DNA from: an uncultured Chloroflexia bacterium | GTDB lineage: Bacteria > Chloroflexota > Chloroflexia > QHBQ01 > JADMIH01 | Assembly: GCA_963811305.1 (NCBI GenBank) | Contig: CAWEQU010000008.1 | Location: forward strand, 166,587 to 230,586 | DNA length: 64,000 bases | Direction of reading: 5' to 3' | Shown here: positions 1-9,060 of the stretch, one piece after another | How the letters are laid out: each line of letters begins with the position of its first letter | How positions within the stretch are numbered: the stretch's first letter is position 1 | The notes under the pieces: model-generated | The model's database searches: none | Told to the model about the DNA's origin: nothing | Seen by the model: only the letters and a program-made list of their open reading frames with translations | Translations under genes and position numbers: made by a program

Positions 1-493
1 TCTTGTCCAAAGCCAGCAAGTTCCTATCTATCAAGACTAAAATCAAAATCCGATTAGAGTCCTTGCCCACTTTGGTCTTGCCTACTTCAGACCCCTTTTT
101 AGCAGGCACAAAGCTGCCACCCAGGAGTGCGTTACCCATCCGATCTTGTTGCGGGCATACGAGCTACTGAATAGTGCCGTCCATACTCTTTACTCTTTCC
201 CAGGTGTTGCCCTCAGCGCTAGGCCACTCCTGCAAGCTATGCCAGCCGGTGTGGAGAGCTTCCTCGCCCGTATTCTGGGCATGTTGCGGCCGCTTTCGAT
301 ATCAAGTTGCCGACGCGGGAAATGAAAATGATAAAACTTTGCTCCACGTGCCGTCAGAATCTACCACCCGCATATAGGGCATGTTATAATTAGAGTACGG
401 TAGAGGCATACCGCTAGCCTCTTGCATTACCCGTGCTTTATTATGATGGGCCACGTCATGATTTTACTATCGATCTGTTAAAGTGAGACGCGC

Positions 494-2001
494 ATGAGCA
501 TAACTGTCGCAGCTATAACAGCGAAGGCACTCGGACAGCGAATCAAGGTTCTACGCATGACGAAGGGCTTGACGCAGAGCGACCTCGCAGGGGAGGACTA
601 TTCCAAAGCCTATATCTCGGCTATTGAACAAGGCAAAGTCCGGCCCTCACTCAGCGCACTACAGTGCATAGCCTCTCGGTTGCAAGTCGAACTCGCGCAG
701 TTAGTCGACGCTCAAGGCTCGAGCCTCAACGCAGCGGATCTTGACTTGCTATCCAAGCGCGTTCGCAAGAGGCGCGGAGAGTCTGGTTACATAGACGATG
801 AGAAAGGAAGGGAGTCGAATTCTATGCGACATGCAGATCGCTCAGGCGCAAGGCCTGCTCTTTAATGGTCGTTTCAGAGAAGCGCTTGATCTCCTTCAAT
901 CCTGGGTATCTGAAGAGCAACTCACACAACCTACCCTAGATGAGAAACCGCTACACGCTGCAACCACATCAGTCCATACTCAGAGTTGAACCACTCTGAA
1001 GAATCTCAGTCTGGCTTACGAGATAGCGGCGGTGGCGGCTTCAGAGCTTGGTGACTTCGAATCAAGCTTCCAGCTTCATACACAGGGGGATGCAACTTGC
1101 CAATGCCAGCGGAAGCCGTGAGGCGGTTGAGCGACTGCGCTTGGTACTCGGCTCCATTTACCACAAGTCTGGTAGATTGTTGGCAGCTCTTGAGCAGCAC
1201 ATACACTGCTTAAACGCCGCAAATGCGGGCTACGTACCTGACCCTAACTTTCGTTTATCGGTGTTGCACAATATCATAAGTGATTATGTTGCACTGGGAG
1301 ATATGGGACGTGCCAGAGACCTGTGTGAAACTGGCCTGGAGCAGATCCATTCGCTCGACACACTCAATCAACAGGCGAGCGCCCTTTGTACGCTTGCGCA
1401 AAGCTACGTTGCCCAGGGCCTTTACGAAGAGGCCAGAATAGCAACCAGCAAGGCGTTTGCGCTTTATGAGGTGCTGAATAACTTCAAAACGCAGGCTTTG
1501 CTCCAGACCAGTTATGGTCTCCTCTTGGCTGAGACCGACGACATAGCGCTGGCTCAAGAGTACTTACAAAGCGGCGCCAGTCTGATCGAGAGAGCTGGTG
1601 GTCCAATCGAACGGATATCTGCTTCTGCGGCACTTGCTCGACTGCTGCTTCAGCGAGATGATATCGATTCCGCCGAGCAGGAAGTCGAGAAAGCGTTGGC
1701 AGTTGGCCAACAACTGGGCGTTTCGGATATGACTCCAGTTCTGGCAGTTGGGCTGGCGAATGCAATAGCTTTATCTGGGGAGATAGCTTCACGGCGGAAT
1801 GATGCGCTGACAACAGACCGCAGATTTGAAGAGGCGATCCAACTGCTCATCGGTGATAATGATTGGGGGCCAAGTAGCGCTAACTTGGGCCAAGCGGTTG
1901 CCGAAATATACAGACGTTATGCCCAAGTACTGGCCAAACGCGGGGACTACAAAGAGTTGGCGCAATATTTCGAGCGCGCCTACTCCCCCTTAGCCAGGTG
2001 A
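494..2001 (+). CDS. XRE HTH + TPR transcriptional regulator (RRNPP-like architecture), split by about 2 frameshifts
   Basis: N-terminal LGQRIKVLRMTKGLTQSDLAG..SKAYISAIEQGKVRPS HTH (494-865) continues via 798-989 into TPR helices (1048-2001). Confidence 0.8.
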
Positions 2002-3481
2002 CCTTGACGGCGGAAGAGTCCAATGTCCTTAGAGTGCCAATCGCGCAATTCAACCGAAGAATATGCCAGCCAAACATGAGCCCTTCATCCTCAACTGAAC
2101 AAGCCAAAACGCTTGGCCAATTGTTATACCAAGCCCGCATAGAACGCGGCCTGAACGCACATGCTCTGGGGCAGCCCGAATTCACCGAGAGGTATGTGCT
2201 CGCAGTGGAACGTGACTCCGTGCAGCCATCTCAGAAAGCAATCGAATTGTTCGCCGGGCGCTTGGGCGTACCCGTTAGCGACTTCATGTCAGCATGGCAA
2301 CCCGATATAGCAACTCCCGATTTGGAGGTCGTGAAGGAGAACCAACTCCACCAAGCAAACTACGCAAAGATGCTGATCCGCATGGGCAGTGTAGCGGAGG
2401 CTCTCGACCTGGTTGATACAGCTGAAGCCACCTCTCATCTATACTTCGATGTACTGCCGTCGAGTGAGCACTATCTATGGCCCTTCCTACGTGGTAGGGC
2501 ACATCTGCAGCAAGGCAAGCCAGAGCAAGCTTGCAAGGAGCTTGAACGTGCACTGGAGCTCAATCATGGCAATGATGAGGCAGAAGCACGTATTCGCAAT
2601 CTCCTTGGTGCTGTCTTCTACGAGCTAGAGCAACCTTCGCTCGCTTTGGAGCACCATTCTTGGTGCCTTGAGGCTATCCACCGGGGGGTCATCACAGATC
2701 TCAACTTTCTTGTGAGTGTGTTTCGCAATCTAGCTAACGATTACTGGGCGCGTGGCCAGCCAGCCAGAGCGATAAAGGTATATAAAGAGGCTTTAACTGC
2801 ATCGGAAGACTTGGACGATAAGGAACGCCAGGCAGGCATCCTTTGGGGACTGGTAACTGCTTATAATCAACTGGGAGATCGGGCCAACGCTAGGCTATAT
2901 GCCGTGCGTGCGCTGGATATATACGAGATGTTGGGTAAGGGAGTGAGGCGGCTTCGGTTTGCATTCATATTGCGGAGGCCATGCTGGATGACCAGCGGAA
3001 TGCTGAGGCTGGTGAGTATCTTGATAAGGCTGGGAAATTCCTGAGAGATAACACCAATTCTGGCCTGTTGAGCTACCTGCATCGGGGTCGCGCAATACTT
3101 GCTCGCAGCCAAGGATTGCTTCATGAGGCCGCTAAGTACGCAGGGGAGAGTCTTGCACATGCTGAGGCATTCTTGCGGGCTAGTGACACATATGAACTTA
3201 AAGGGAACACTTCAGTCGATGGGACACGGCTGAACCCAATTCGCACGTACGTGGAGTTGCTCCAAGTGGCGGCGCTGATAGCGGAGGATCAAGGTGACAC
3301 CGCAACTACAGATCGCATGATTAAGCATGCGTTCGATCGTTTGGAGGGCACTGCTGCGCGAGAGGCAACAGCAACCATATCACTTGCCTATGCCAGAATA
3401 TTAATATCCAGAGGAGCCCACGAGCAGGCGATAGGGTATTTCGACTCAGCAACCAGGTTGTCGACTTCGAAAGTTGGGTAA
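1998..3481 (+). CDS. Second HTH + TPR regulator, frameshift near 2960
   Basis: LGQLLYQARIERGL..YVLAVERDSVQPS HTH, then TPRs (EARIRNLLGAVFY, FRNLANDYW); continues in ORF 2981-3481. Confidence 0.8.
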
Positions 3482-3597
3482 GAATTCACCAAGGAACGCT
3501 GCTGGATAGTGGCAAGCGACTTGACGGGGCACGACTAAGTCAGTAGACTACACTCTCTACTTGGAGAGGGCACACACCACAACCAGCAAGGAAGAAG

Positions 3598-3633
3598 AGG
3601 ACGTGGCTACCGCTCTATGAAGCAACCACGTCC
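3598..3633. terminator. Hairpin between convergent genes
   Basis: GGACGTGG..CCACGTCC inverted repeat. Confidence 0.4.
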
Positions 3634-3661
3634 GCTATGTAGATCACATGTCAAGCTGTGA

Positions 3662-3886
3662 TCAAATGTTGGGATCCGGTGTGGACGTAGGGGTGGGGGT
3701 AGGCTCGCAGGGCTTATCGTAATCAGGTGGGGGATTAGGTCCTGAACACTCCTCGGCATAAGCTACTTGGATTGTAGCAATTGCTGGAAGGTGGCTGGCG
3801 GCCCCGGAGAAACTGATAATGCCGAGAGCCAGCAACGACAAGAGGATCGTGGTGATAGTTCTCTTTACCGATCTGCTTATAGTCAT
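3662..3886 (-). CDS. Secreted Cys-loop peptide precursor A (74 aa)
   Basis: RBS AAGGAA + ATG 3886; basic N-terminus, hydrophobic stretch, AYA|EECSGPNPPPDYDKPCEPTPTPTSTPDPNI; paralog at 7476. Confidence 0.85.
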   Translation of the reverse strand: MTISRSVKRTITTILLSLLALGIISFSGAASHLPAIATIQVAYAEECSGPNPPPDYDKPCEPTPTPTSTPDPNI

Positions 3887-4295
3887 GTGTTCTGTTCCTT
3901 TCAATTTGAACCGAATAGAAACGGGTTGTAGAAGCAAGCCTCCGGTTTCTGAAACAGAGCTAGTCTTAAGTCATGTAGCGTTGGCCTGCTTGCATAATGG
4001 CTGCGTCAGGGATAGCCGCTGGAAGGTCTCGCAGCGCCGGCAACTGGCTGGTTCAGCAGCTTCCCTGCTCACAGGTCTAGTGTGAACCTGGATTTTGTCG
4101 AGGGAGCAATAATGGCGCGCTAATTGCTCCCTCGCTGGGAGCAATAGCTGTTCGACCACGAGTTGACCAGAGAAAAGGGTTAGAAGACCGCTGCTACGGC
4201 CCTAACGGCTACCCTCCCCAACAAGGGAGGCGAAAGGCCGACGCGTAGACGCGTAATGTAAGGTCTCGTTTCGAAGGGGAAGCTGAGAATGGGAA

Positions 4296-5771
4296 ATGCT
4301 GAGAAATGACAACCTGCCCAAAATAGGCAAAGATATCAGTTCACCTGCTGACCTTGCTGGTGACCTGCGTAGCCGCGTTTTCAGGCGTCAACGCGATGTC
4401 GCCCATGACATCGGCATCAGCCGCAGCATGATAAGCAAATATGAGGCGGGTAAGAATACCCCACCGATAGGCTACCTGGCTTTCTTGGCAAAACGCATTG
4501 TTGAACAGGACGCTTATGAGTTTTATGGCGATGAGAGTATTGCTGCCTCAGTCGCCGCCCAGACAGATCTGGTTCAACTGCTGAACGACCTGAGACGGAT
4601 CTACGCCGCTTTCTACCCTGGTGTGCCCCGCATTAGGAACTGGGAGCATCTAAGCCGGATTGCTGATGCCTTTTCGGAGCAAGTTAGGCAACGACTTGCC
4701 CACCAGTCAAACGATCAGGATTTTGTAGAGGACGATATCACTGGCGCTATTTCGGAGATTCCATCCTGGGATGACGAAGAGATCGGTGGCGTGTCGCCTG
4801 CCGCATTTAACGCAAACGCATCTCCATATATCGCTCCCGAGACCAAAACGGACTCAAGGACTGCTGATTACACGCGCACATCCGAGGAACTGATCGATCC
4901 AGCAGTGACTGGACCTCTCAGCGGAGCTTTCCCAACGGCACCCATGGGCAGTAAGGCGCAACAATCACCAATTACGCAGCGTGGGCACGCTTCAACGAGT
5001 AATCTTGAAAGGACTTCAGGTCAATCCCTCCTGCACATGCCAAGGAGTACCCGAATCGCCCTTTTGATTGTTGCACTCGGTGTCAGCGCGGGACTGCTAG
5101 TTAGCGTTGTGTATCTACTCTCACCAAGTGCCCTACCACAGGCAACGCCAACGGCAACGAGCGCTGTTCCGCAGATAAGTCCTGAAAATACTCGCATTAC
5201 TAGTACAGCGGTTACTGCTGTCATGCCTACAGAGACCTTGAAGGATGTACTCGACGAGTTATGGCTCGATAGTCGCCAGCCAACAGGATCCGGCACGGCT
5301 TATTACGTGCGCGGCATCATTCCCATTCCAAATAGGCAATGGGTCACGGTAAGAATTGCAGGTACCTTTAGTGCGTGGTCAAAGGATTGGTGGAAATCCT
5401 CATGTAAAGGGTCGCCAGAGGCTCAGCCACAGTATCCAACGGCACAAAGTGGGGGACGCGATCCGAACGGCCCGGTAGGCCTGGATCCGGAGTATACCTT
5501 TGCAGCGCCAAGTGGGAGCGGTGCATATTGTGGTCGCCGCGACGAACCACCATACGCGTCATTCACCCCTTTACAAGTGAGCATGAATAATGGCACAAGT
5601 TGGATCGATCCATCTCCAATTGATGCTGCTTATTCAGCCGACCATGTGTACAAGTATGAACTGATGGGGGAGGGCTTTCCCCTTCAAGCCAAACTTGTGG
5701 ATTATGATCCGTCTAATGATTACGGTAGACTGCGGATAACCATCATATCTGCATCGCAAACGCATCCGTGA
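4296..5771 (+). CDS. Membrane-anchored XRE-HTH protein A (HTH - TM - Pro/Thr linker - extracellular domain)
   Basis: QRDVAHDIGISRSMISKYEAGK HTH; TM IALLIVALGVSAGLLVSVVYLL; C-terminal domain with 2 Cys. Confidence 0.8.
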   Translation: MLRNDNLPKIGKDISSPADLAGDLRSRVFRRQRDVAHDIGISRSMISKYEAGKNTPPIGYLAFLAKRIVEQDAYEFYGDESIAASVAAQTDLVQLLNDLRRIYAAFYPGVPRIRNWEHLSRIADAFSEQVRQRLAHQSNDQDFVEDDITGAISEIPSWDDEEIGGVSPAAFNANASPYIAPETKTDSRTADYTRTSEELIDPAVTGPLSGAFPTAPMGSKAQQSPITQRGHASTSNLERTSGQSLLHMPRSTRIALLIVALGVSAGLLVSVVYLLSPSALPQATPTATSAVPQISPENTRITSTAVTAVMPTETLKDVLDELWLDSRQPTGSGTAYYVRGIIPIPNRQWVTVRIAGTFSAWSKDWWKSSCKGSPEAQPQYPTAQSGGRDPNGPVGLDPEYTFAAPSGSGAYCGRRDEPPYASFTPLQVSMNNGTSWIDPSPIDAAYSADHVYKYELMGEGFPLQAKLVDYDPSNDYGRLRITIISASQTHP

Positions 5772-5772
5772 C

Positions 5773-5819
5773 AAGTTGCTATGCCATGCGTCCTTTTGTG
5801 ACGCATGGCATAGCAACTT
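5773..5819. terminator. Long hairpin between the convergent HTH-TM genes
   Basis: AAGTTGCTATGCCATGCGTC-loop-GACGCATGGCATAGCAACTT perfect stem. Confidence 0.7.
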
Positions 5820-5860
5820 GTAAGAGCAGTGACCCTCTGTCAATATCTACCTCTATTCAG

Positions 5861-7175
5861 CTATCGTTTTAACCTCCAGACCATGTCAGAAAATTCGTGC
5901 AACTGGTTAGTTCGGTATTTCACTGAGGTAATTTCGAGGTCCACGTAATTGGTCTCGAAAGGCACACGTGATCGCCCGACACCCCAGACCCGGCAATCAC
6001 CAGTGGTTCCTGCCACATTTAGGTAAAGGGTCAGGTTACTCGACGCCTTCGCTGGTACAGTCAAGTGCTGCTCTATAGGGTAGACCGGCTGTTGTATTGA
6101 AATGCAGCCGTAGCGCCCATACTCAGCGTACCAAGTGGCGGCCATGGCAAAGTTGTCAGAGTATTTAGTGCCGATGTTATCGACAGCCGAAATGGAGTAT
6201 AGACTGAACTGCACTTCCACAGCAGAGTCCGTGTCGTTGATGAACGACAGCACGTAGCTCACAGCAGCATCTTCAGAGTGATCATGTGAGCGTATCTCAT
6301 AATCCACTAATTCAACGTTGATCCCCTCCCCCTGAATAATGCCTCCTTTGCCAAGCAATTCAGGGGTAGAGGTGAACTCGTTCCTGTGTCGGGGTAAGTG
6401 CAGGAGGGGGCAAAGGAGTATGAGGCGCTGTCGCTGGGACTTGTACGGGAGTAGGCTCGCTTGTTGCTGACGTGCCTGTAGTGAGAGCAGCAGTGACAGG
6501 GGAGGGAGTCGACAAACCAGTAGTGCCACCATCTCCTGATGATGTAAATAGCTGCACTACAGCGGCAATACTTACTAGAGTTACTCCTAACGCCAATGTG
6601 AGCAGCAAAAAGAGGGATAGCAGTTGGAACGGCTGTCGCGCTATTGATGGCGTGGAGGGATGCATGTTAGCCGGAGCCTGTTCGAATTGGGCAGCACTGC
6701 CTTCGATGGTCTCGGCTGTTTCGGTACTAACTTCCTCCTCTCGCTCGCGACCTTTGGTCGCTTCATGCCGCTCACGTTCATATTTGTCGGCAACTTCACA
6801 CAGATGATTCCAGTTGTGGAAGCGGAACCGCAGGCCATAAATTCGTGCGCGCGTGATAATCTCGTTTGTATACCTCAACAGATACTCACGATAGCTGCCT
6901 CGGTTTCCTTCTGACCCTTGATATGCGCTTACGTCGAGCGTGCCCAGTTGCTTCACAAGAAAAGCAATATACCCAATATCTACCTTCGCCCTGCCCGACT
7001 CATATCTACTGATGGTGCTGGCGTCTAGACGCAGGTAATCGGCGGCCTCTTTTTGAGTACCGAACACATATGTACGCGCCCATAAAGCAAGGTCTGCTGG
7101 TGTAACAACCTCAGCGCCAAACTGAGCAAGTAGTTGTTCGTCTCTCTTCACGCCTTCTATATACCCTGCTGACAT
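5861..7175 (-). CDS. Membrane-anchored XRE-HTH protein B, frameshift near 6380
   Basis: QKEAADYLRLDASTISRYESGR HTH, TM LLSLFLLLTLALGVTLVSIAAVV, Pro/Thr linker; C-terminal domain in ORF 5861-6532. Confidence 0.78.
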
Positions 7176-7475
7176 ACCACTTACGATCTGCTCAATACTT
7201 GATCGTGCCTATATTGTTGCATGTTCCATGCACAATTATTGCGCAACCTTCAGTGTGACCCCCTTACAATTAGGGTGCAAATAGATAGAGGGCCCGTTAG
7301 GGCTGGGTGCTAGCCCCGCTACAAAACTAGGTGTAGCTTCATCTGTTTCCGATCAACCAACTGAGCGAGTAACAAACCTCAGAAGCGAGGATCTGTCGGT
7401 ACGATACGTACGACGAATCGGCAGTTTCCTCTATCTGAGTCACGTTATATCGCCACGCCTTGAAAGGAATCTACC

Positions 7476-7736
7476 ATGAATCGCTACGGACGAGCAAGAG
7501 GCATAAGCGGAGCAAATCTAGCAAAGGCGATTGGCAGGGCCACACTCGTGATACTGGTGGTGATGGCCCCGATGTTCGGGTTTGCCGTTTCGACCCAGCC
7601 CTCAGGTTGCAGCCTCATAAGCATAGGAGAAGTGCCACCAGCATATGCCGACTGCGAAGGGCCTAACCCTCCGCCTGATTACGATGGTCCCTGCGCGCCT
7701 ACCCCCACCCCTACACCCACTCCGGACAATCACTAG
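7476..7736 (+). CDS. Secreted Cys-loop peptide precursor B (86 aa)
   Basis: RBS GAAAGGAA; hydrophobic leader; AYA|DCEGPNPPPDYDGPCAPTPTPTPTPDNH. Confidence 0.85.
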   Translation: MNRYGRARGISGANLAKAIGRATLVILVVMAPMFGFAVSTQPSGCSLISIGEVPPAYADCEGPNPPPDYDGPCAPTPTPTPTPDNH

Positions 7737-7767
7737 AAATACTACCCAAAAACAATGTAACAAGCGT

Positions 7768-7803
7768 AGAAGGAGGGATCGAGCGCGCTCGATCCCTCCT
7801 TCT
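7768..7803 (+). terminator. Hairpin after peptide B
   Basis: AGAAGGAGGGATCGAGC-GC-GCTCGATCCCTCCTTCT perfect palindrome. Confidence 0.65.
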
Positions 7804-7859
7804 ACTCGGGGTAAGATCAACACTACTGCATTATATCAATATGCAGTAGTGTTGGGTTT

Positions 7860-8246
7860 GTGTCATCAAGGGACGCAACAAAAGCCATGTCGAACACCTC
7901 GTCAACTATCCTAACAGATACTTCCCTATCCGATACCGCTTGTAAAGACTATCGAGTTTACTTGGTATTGGTGTGGGTAGGGAAGAGCATCCATAAAGCG
8001 TTCATACATAATACCGTGAAGGCATACCTTCGATCCCTTATCGGCTTTGTGCGTTGGTTTGAGCAATCCCGTGAGGAGGACTTTACCGCAAAGGGGGTCC
8101 TCAGGGTGGCCTGGCAGTTCGACCTTATTTATACCTACCACCGGGTGCTGGACATCCGGGCTGCACGTGGCGAATCGCTCCCAAAGGGGCGGGCGGTAAC
8201 GCTGGGCGAACTCCGAGCACTCTTGGAGGCCTTGGTGGTCAACTAA
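7860..8246 (+). pseudogene. Truncated tyrosine recombinase/integrase remnant
   Basis: KGVLRVAWQFDLI..YHRVLDIRAARGESLPKGRAVTLGELRALLEA resembles the core-binding/catalytic junction of integrases; stops before the catalytic residues; adjacent to tRNA. Confidence 0.6.
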
Positions 8247-8310
8247 GTGGTCAAATCCAAACAAAAGGCCCGAATGCTAGAACATTCGAGCTAATTTCGT
8301 GCCTATTTTG

Positions 8311-8386
8311 TGGTGAGCCGCCAAGGACTTGAACCTTGAACCCACTGATTAAGAGTTCAGTTGCTCTGCCATTGAGCTAGCGGCCC
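8311..8386 (-). tRNA. tRNA-Lys(CTT)
   Basis: GGGCCGCTAGCTCAATGGCAGAGC..CTCTTAA..GGTTCAAGTCC..CACCA; one extra base in the anticodon arm (probable read error). Confidence 0.92.
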
Positions 8387-8486
8387 GTGCATACATGCAA
8401 CGTTCAAATTATAACAAATCTGCGCTGACCTGGCAAACTATAGGGGGTGTCAAAACTCCCAGACACATCTTTGGTATACTTATAGT

Positions 8487-8939
8487 ATGGGGGGCACAAC
8501 CGAGACCAGCATAGACGAACGCACACGCGAGGTGGACCGGCGGCTGCGCGTGCAGGGACACCGCCTGACGGGGCGCAGGCTCATGGTGGTCGAGACCCTT
8601 TCCAGGTGCGGAGGCCACCTTACGGTTGACAGCATCCTCGCCTCGATACGGGAGCGTTACCCCTCCACCAACAAGACCACCGTCTACCGCACCCTGGAGT
8701 TGCTCAGCACACTGGGGGTAGTGGCTGTAACAGATCTCGGCGGGGGAAAGATGGAGTACGAGCTTGTGGGCGACCCACACCATCACCTGATCTGCTACAG
8801 CTGCGGCAACCAGGTCGAGGTTGAGGACCGCTTTCTGGAGCCTCTCCGCGTAAGTCTCCTTGAGCATTATGGTTTCTCCACCAACCTTGACCATTTCGCC
8901 ATGTTCGGCCTCTGCCCTGCCTGCTCCGCTATGGGCTGA
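8487..8939 (+). CDS. fur: Fur family transcriptional regulator
   Basis: TTVYRTLELL, HHHLICYSCG, C-terminal CPAC. Confidence 0.9.
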   Translation: MGGTTETSIDERTREVDRRLRVQGHRLTGRRLMVVETLSRCGGHLTVDSILASIRERYPSTNKTTVYRTLELLSTLGVVAVTDLGGGKMEYELVGDPHHHLICYSCGNQVEVEDRFLEPLRVSLLEHYGFSTNLDHFAMFGLCPACSAMG

Positions 8940-9060
8940 CGATGGACGAGTGAGGCTGTCAATCTGTTTTGTCTGGAGTTCTTAGCTTTTATTATTCGAC
9001 ACAAAGTTCGTTAACATTATGTAAGAGATATTTCGTACGCACCAATTGAGGTAAACGGCA

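Noticed and set aside
1-400. Possible small minus-strand gene
   Set aside because: Only short broken frames, no recognisable product
4170-4260. c-di-GMP-I riboswitch (GCGAAAG..GACGC)
   Set aside because: Lacks the GGCAAAC and P3 consensus in the correct order
3662-7736. Peptides as RiPP (lasso/lanthi/ranthipeptide) precursors
   Set aside because: No modifying enzymes or dedicated exporter nearby; Sec-type hydrophobic leader with an AxA site instead
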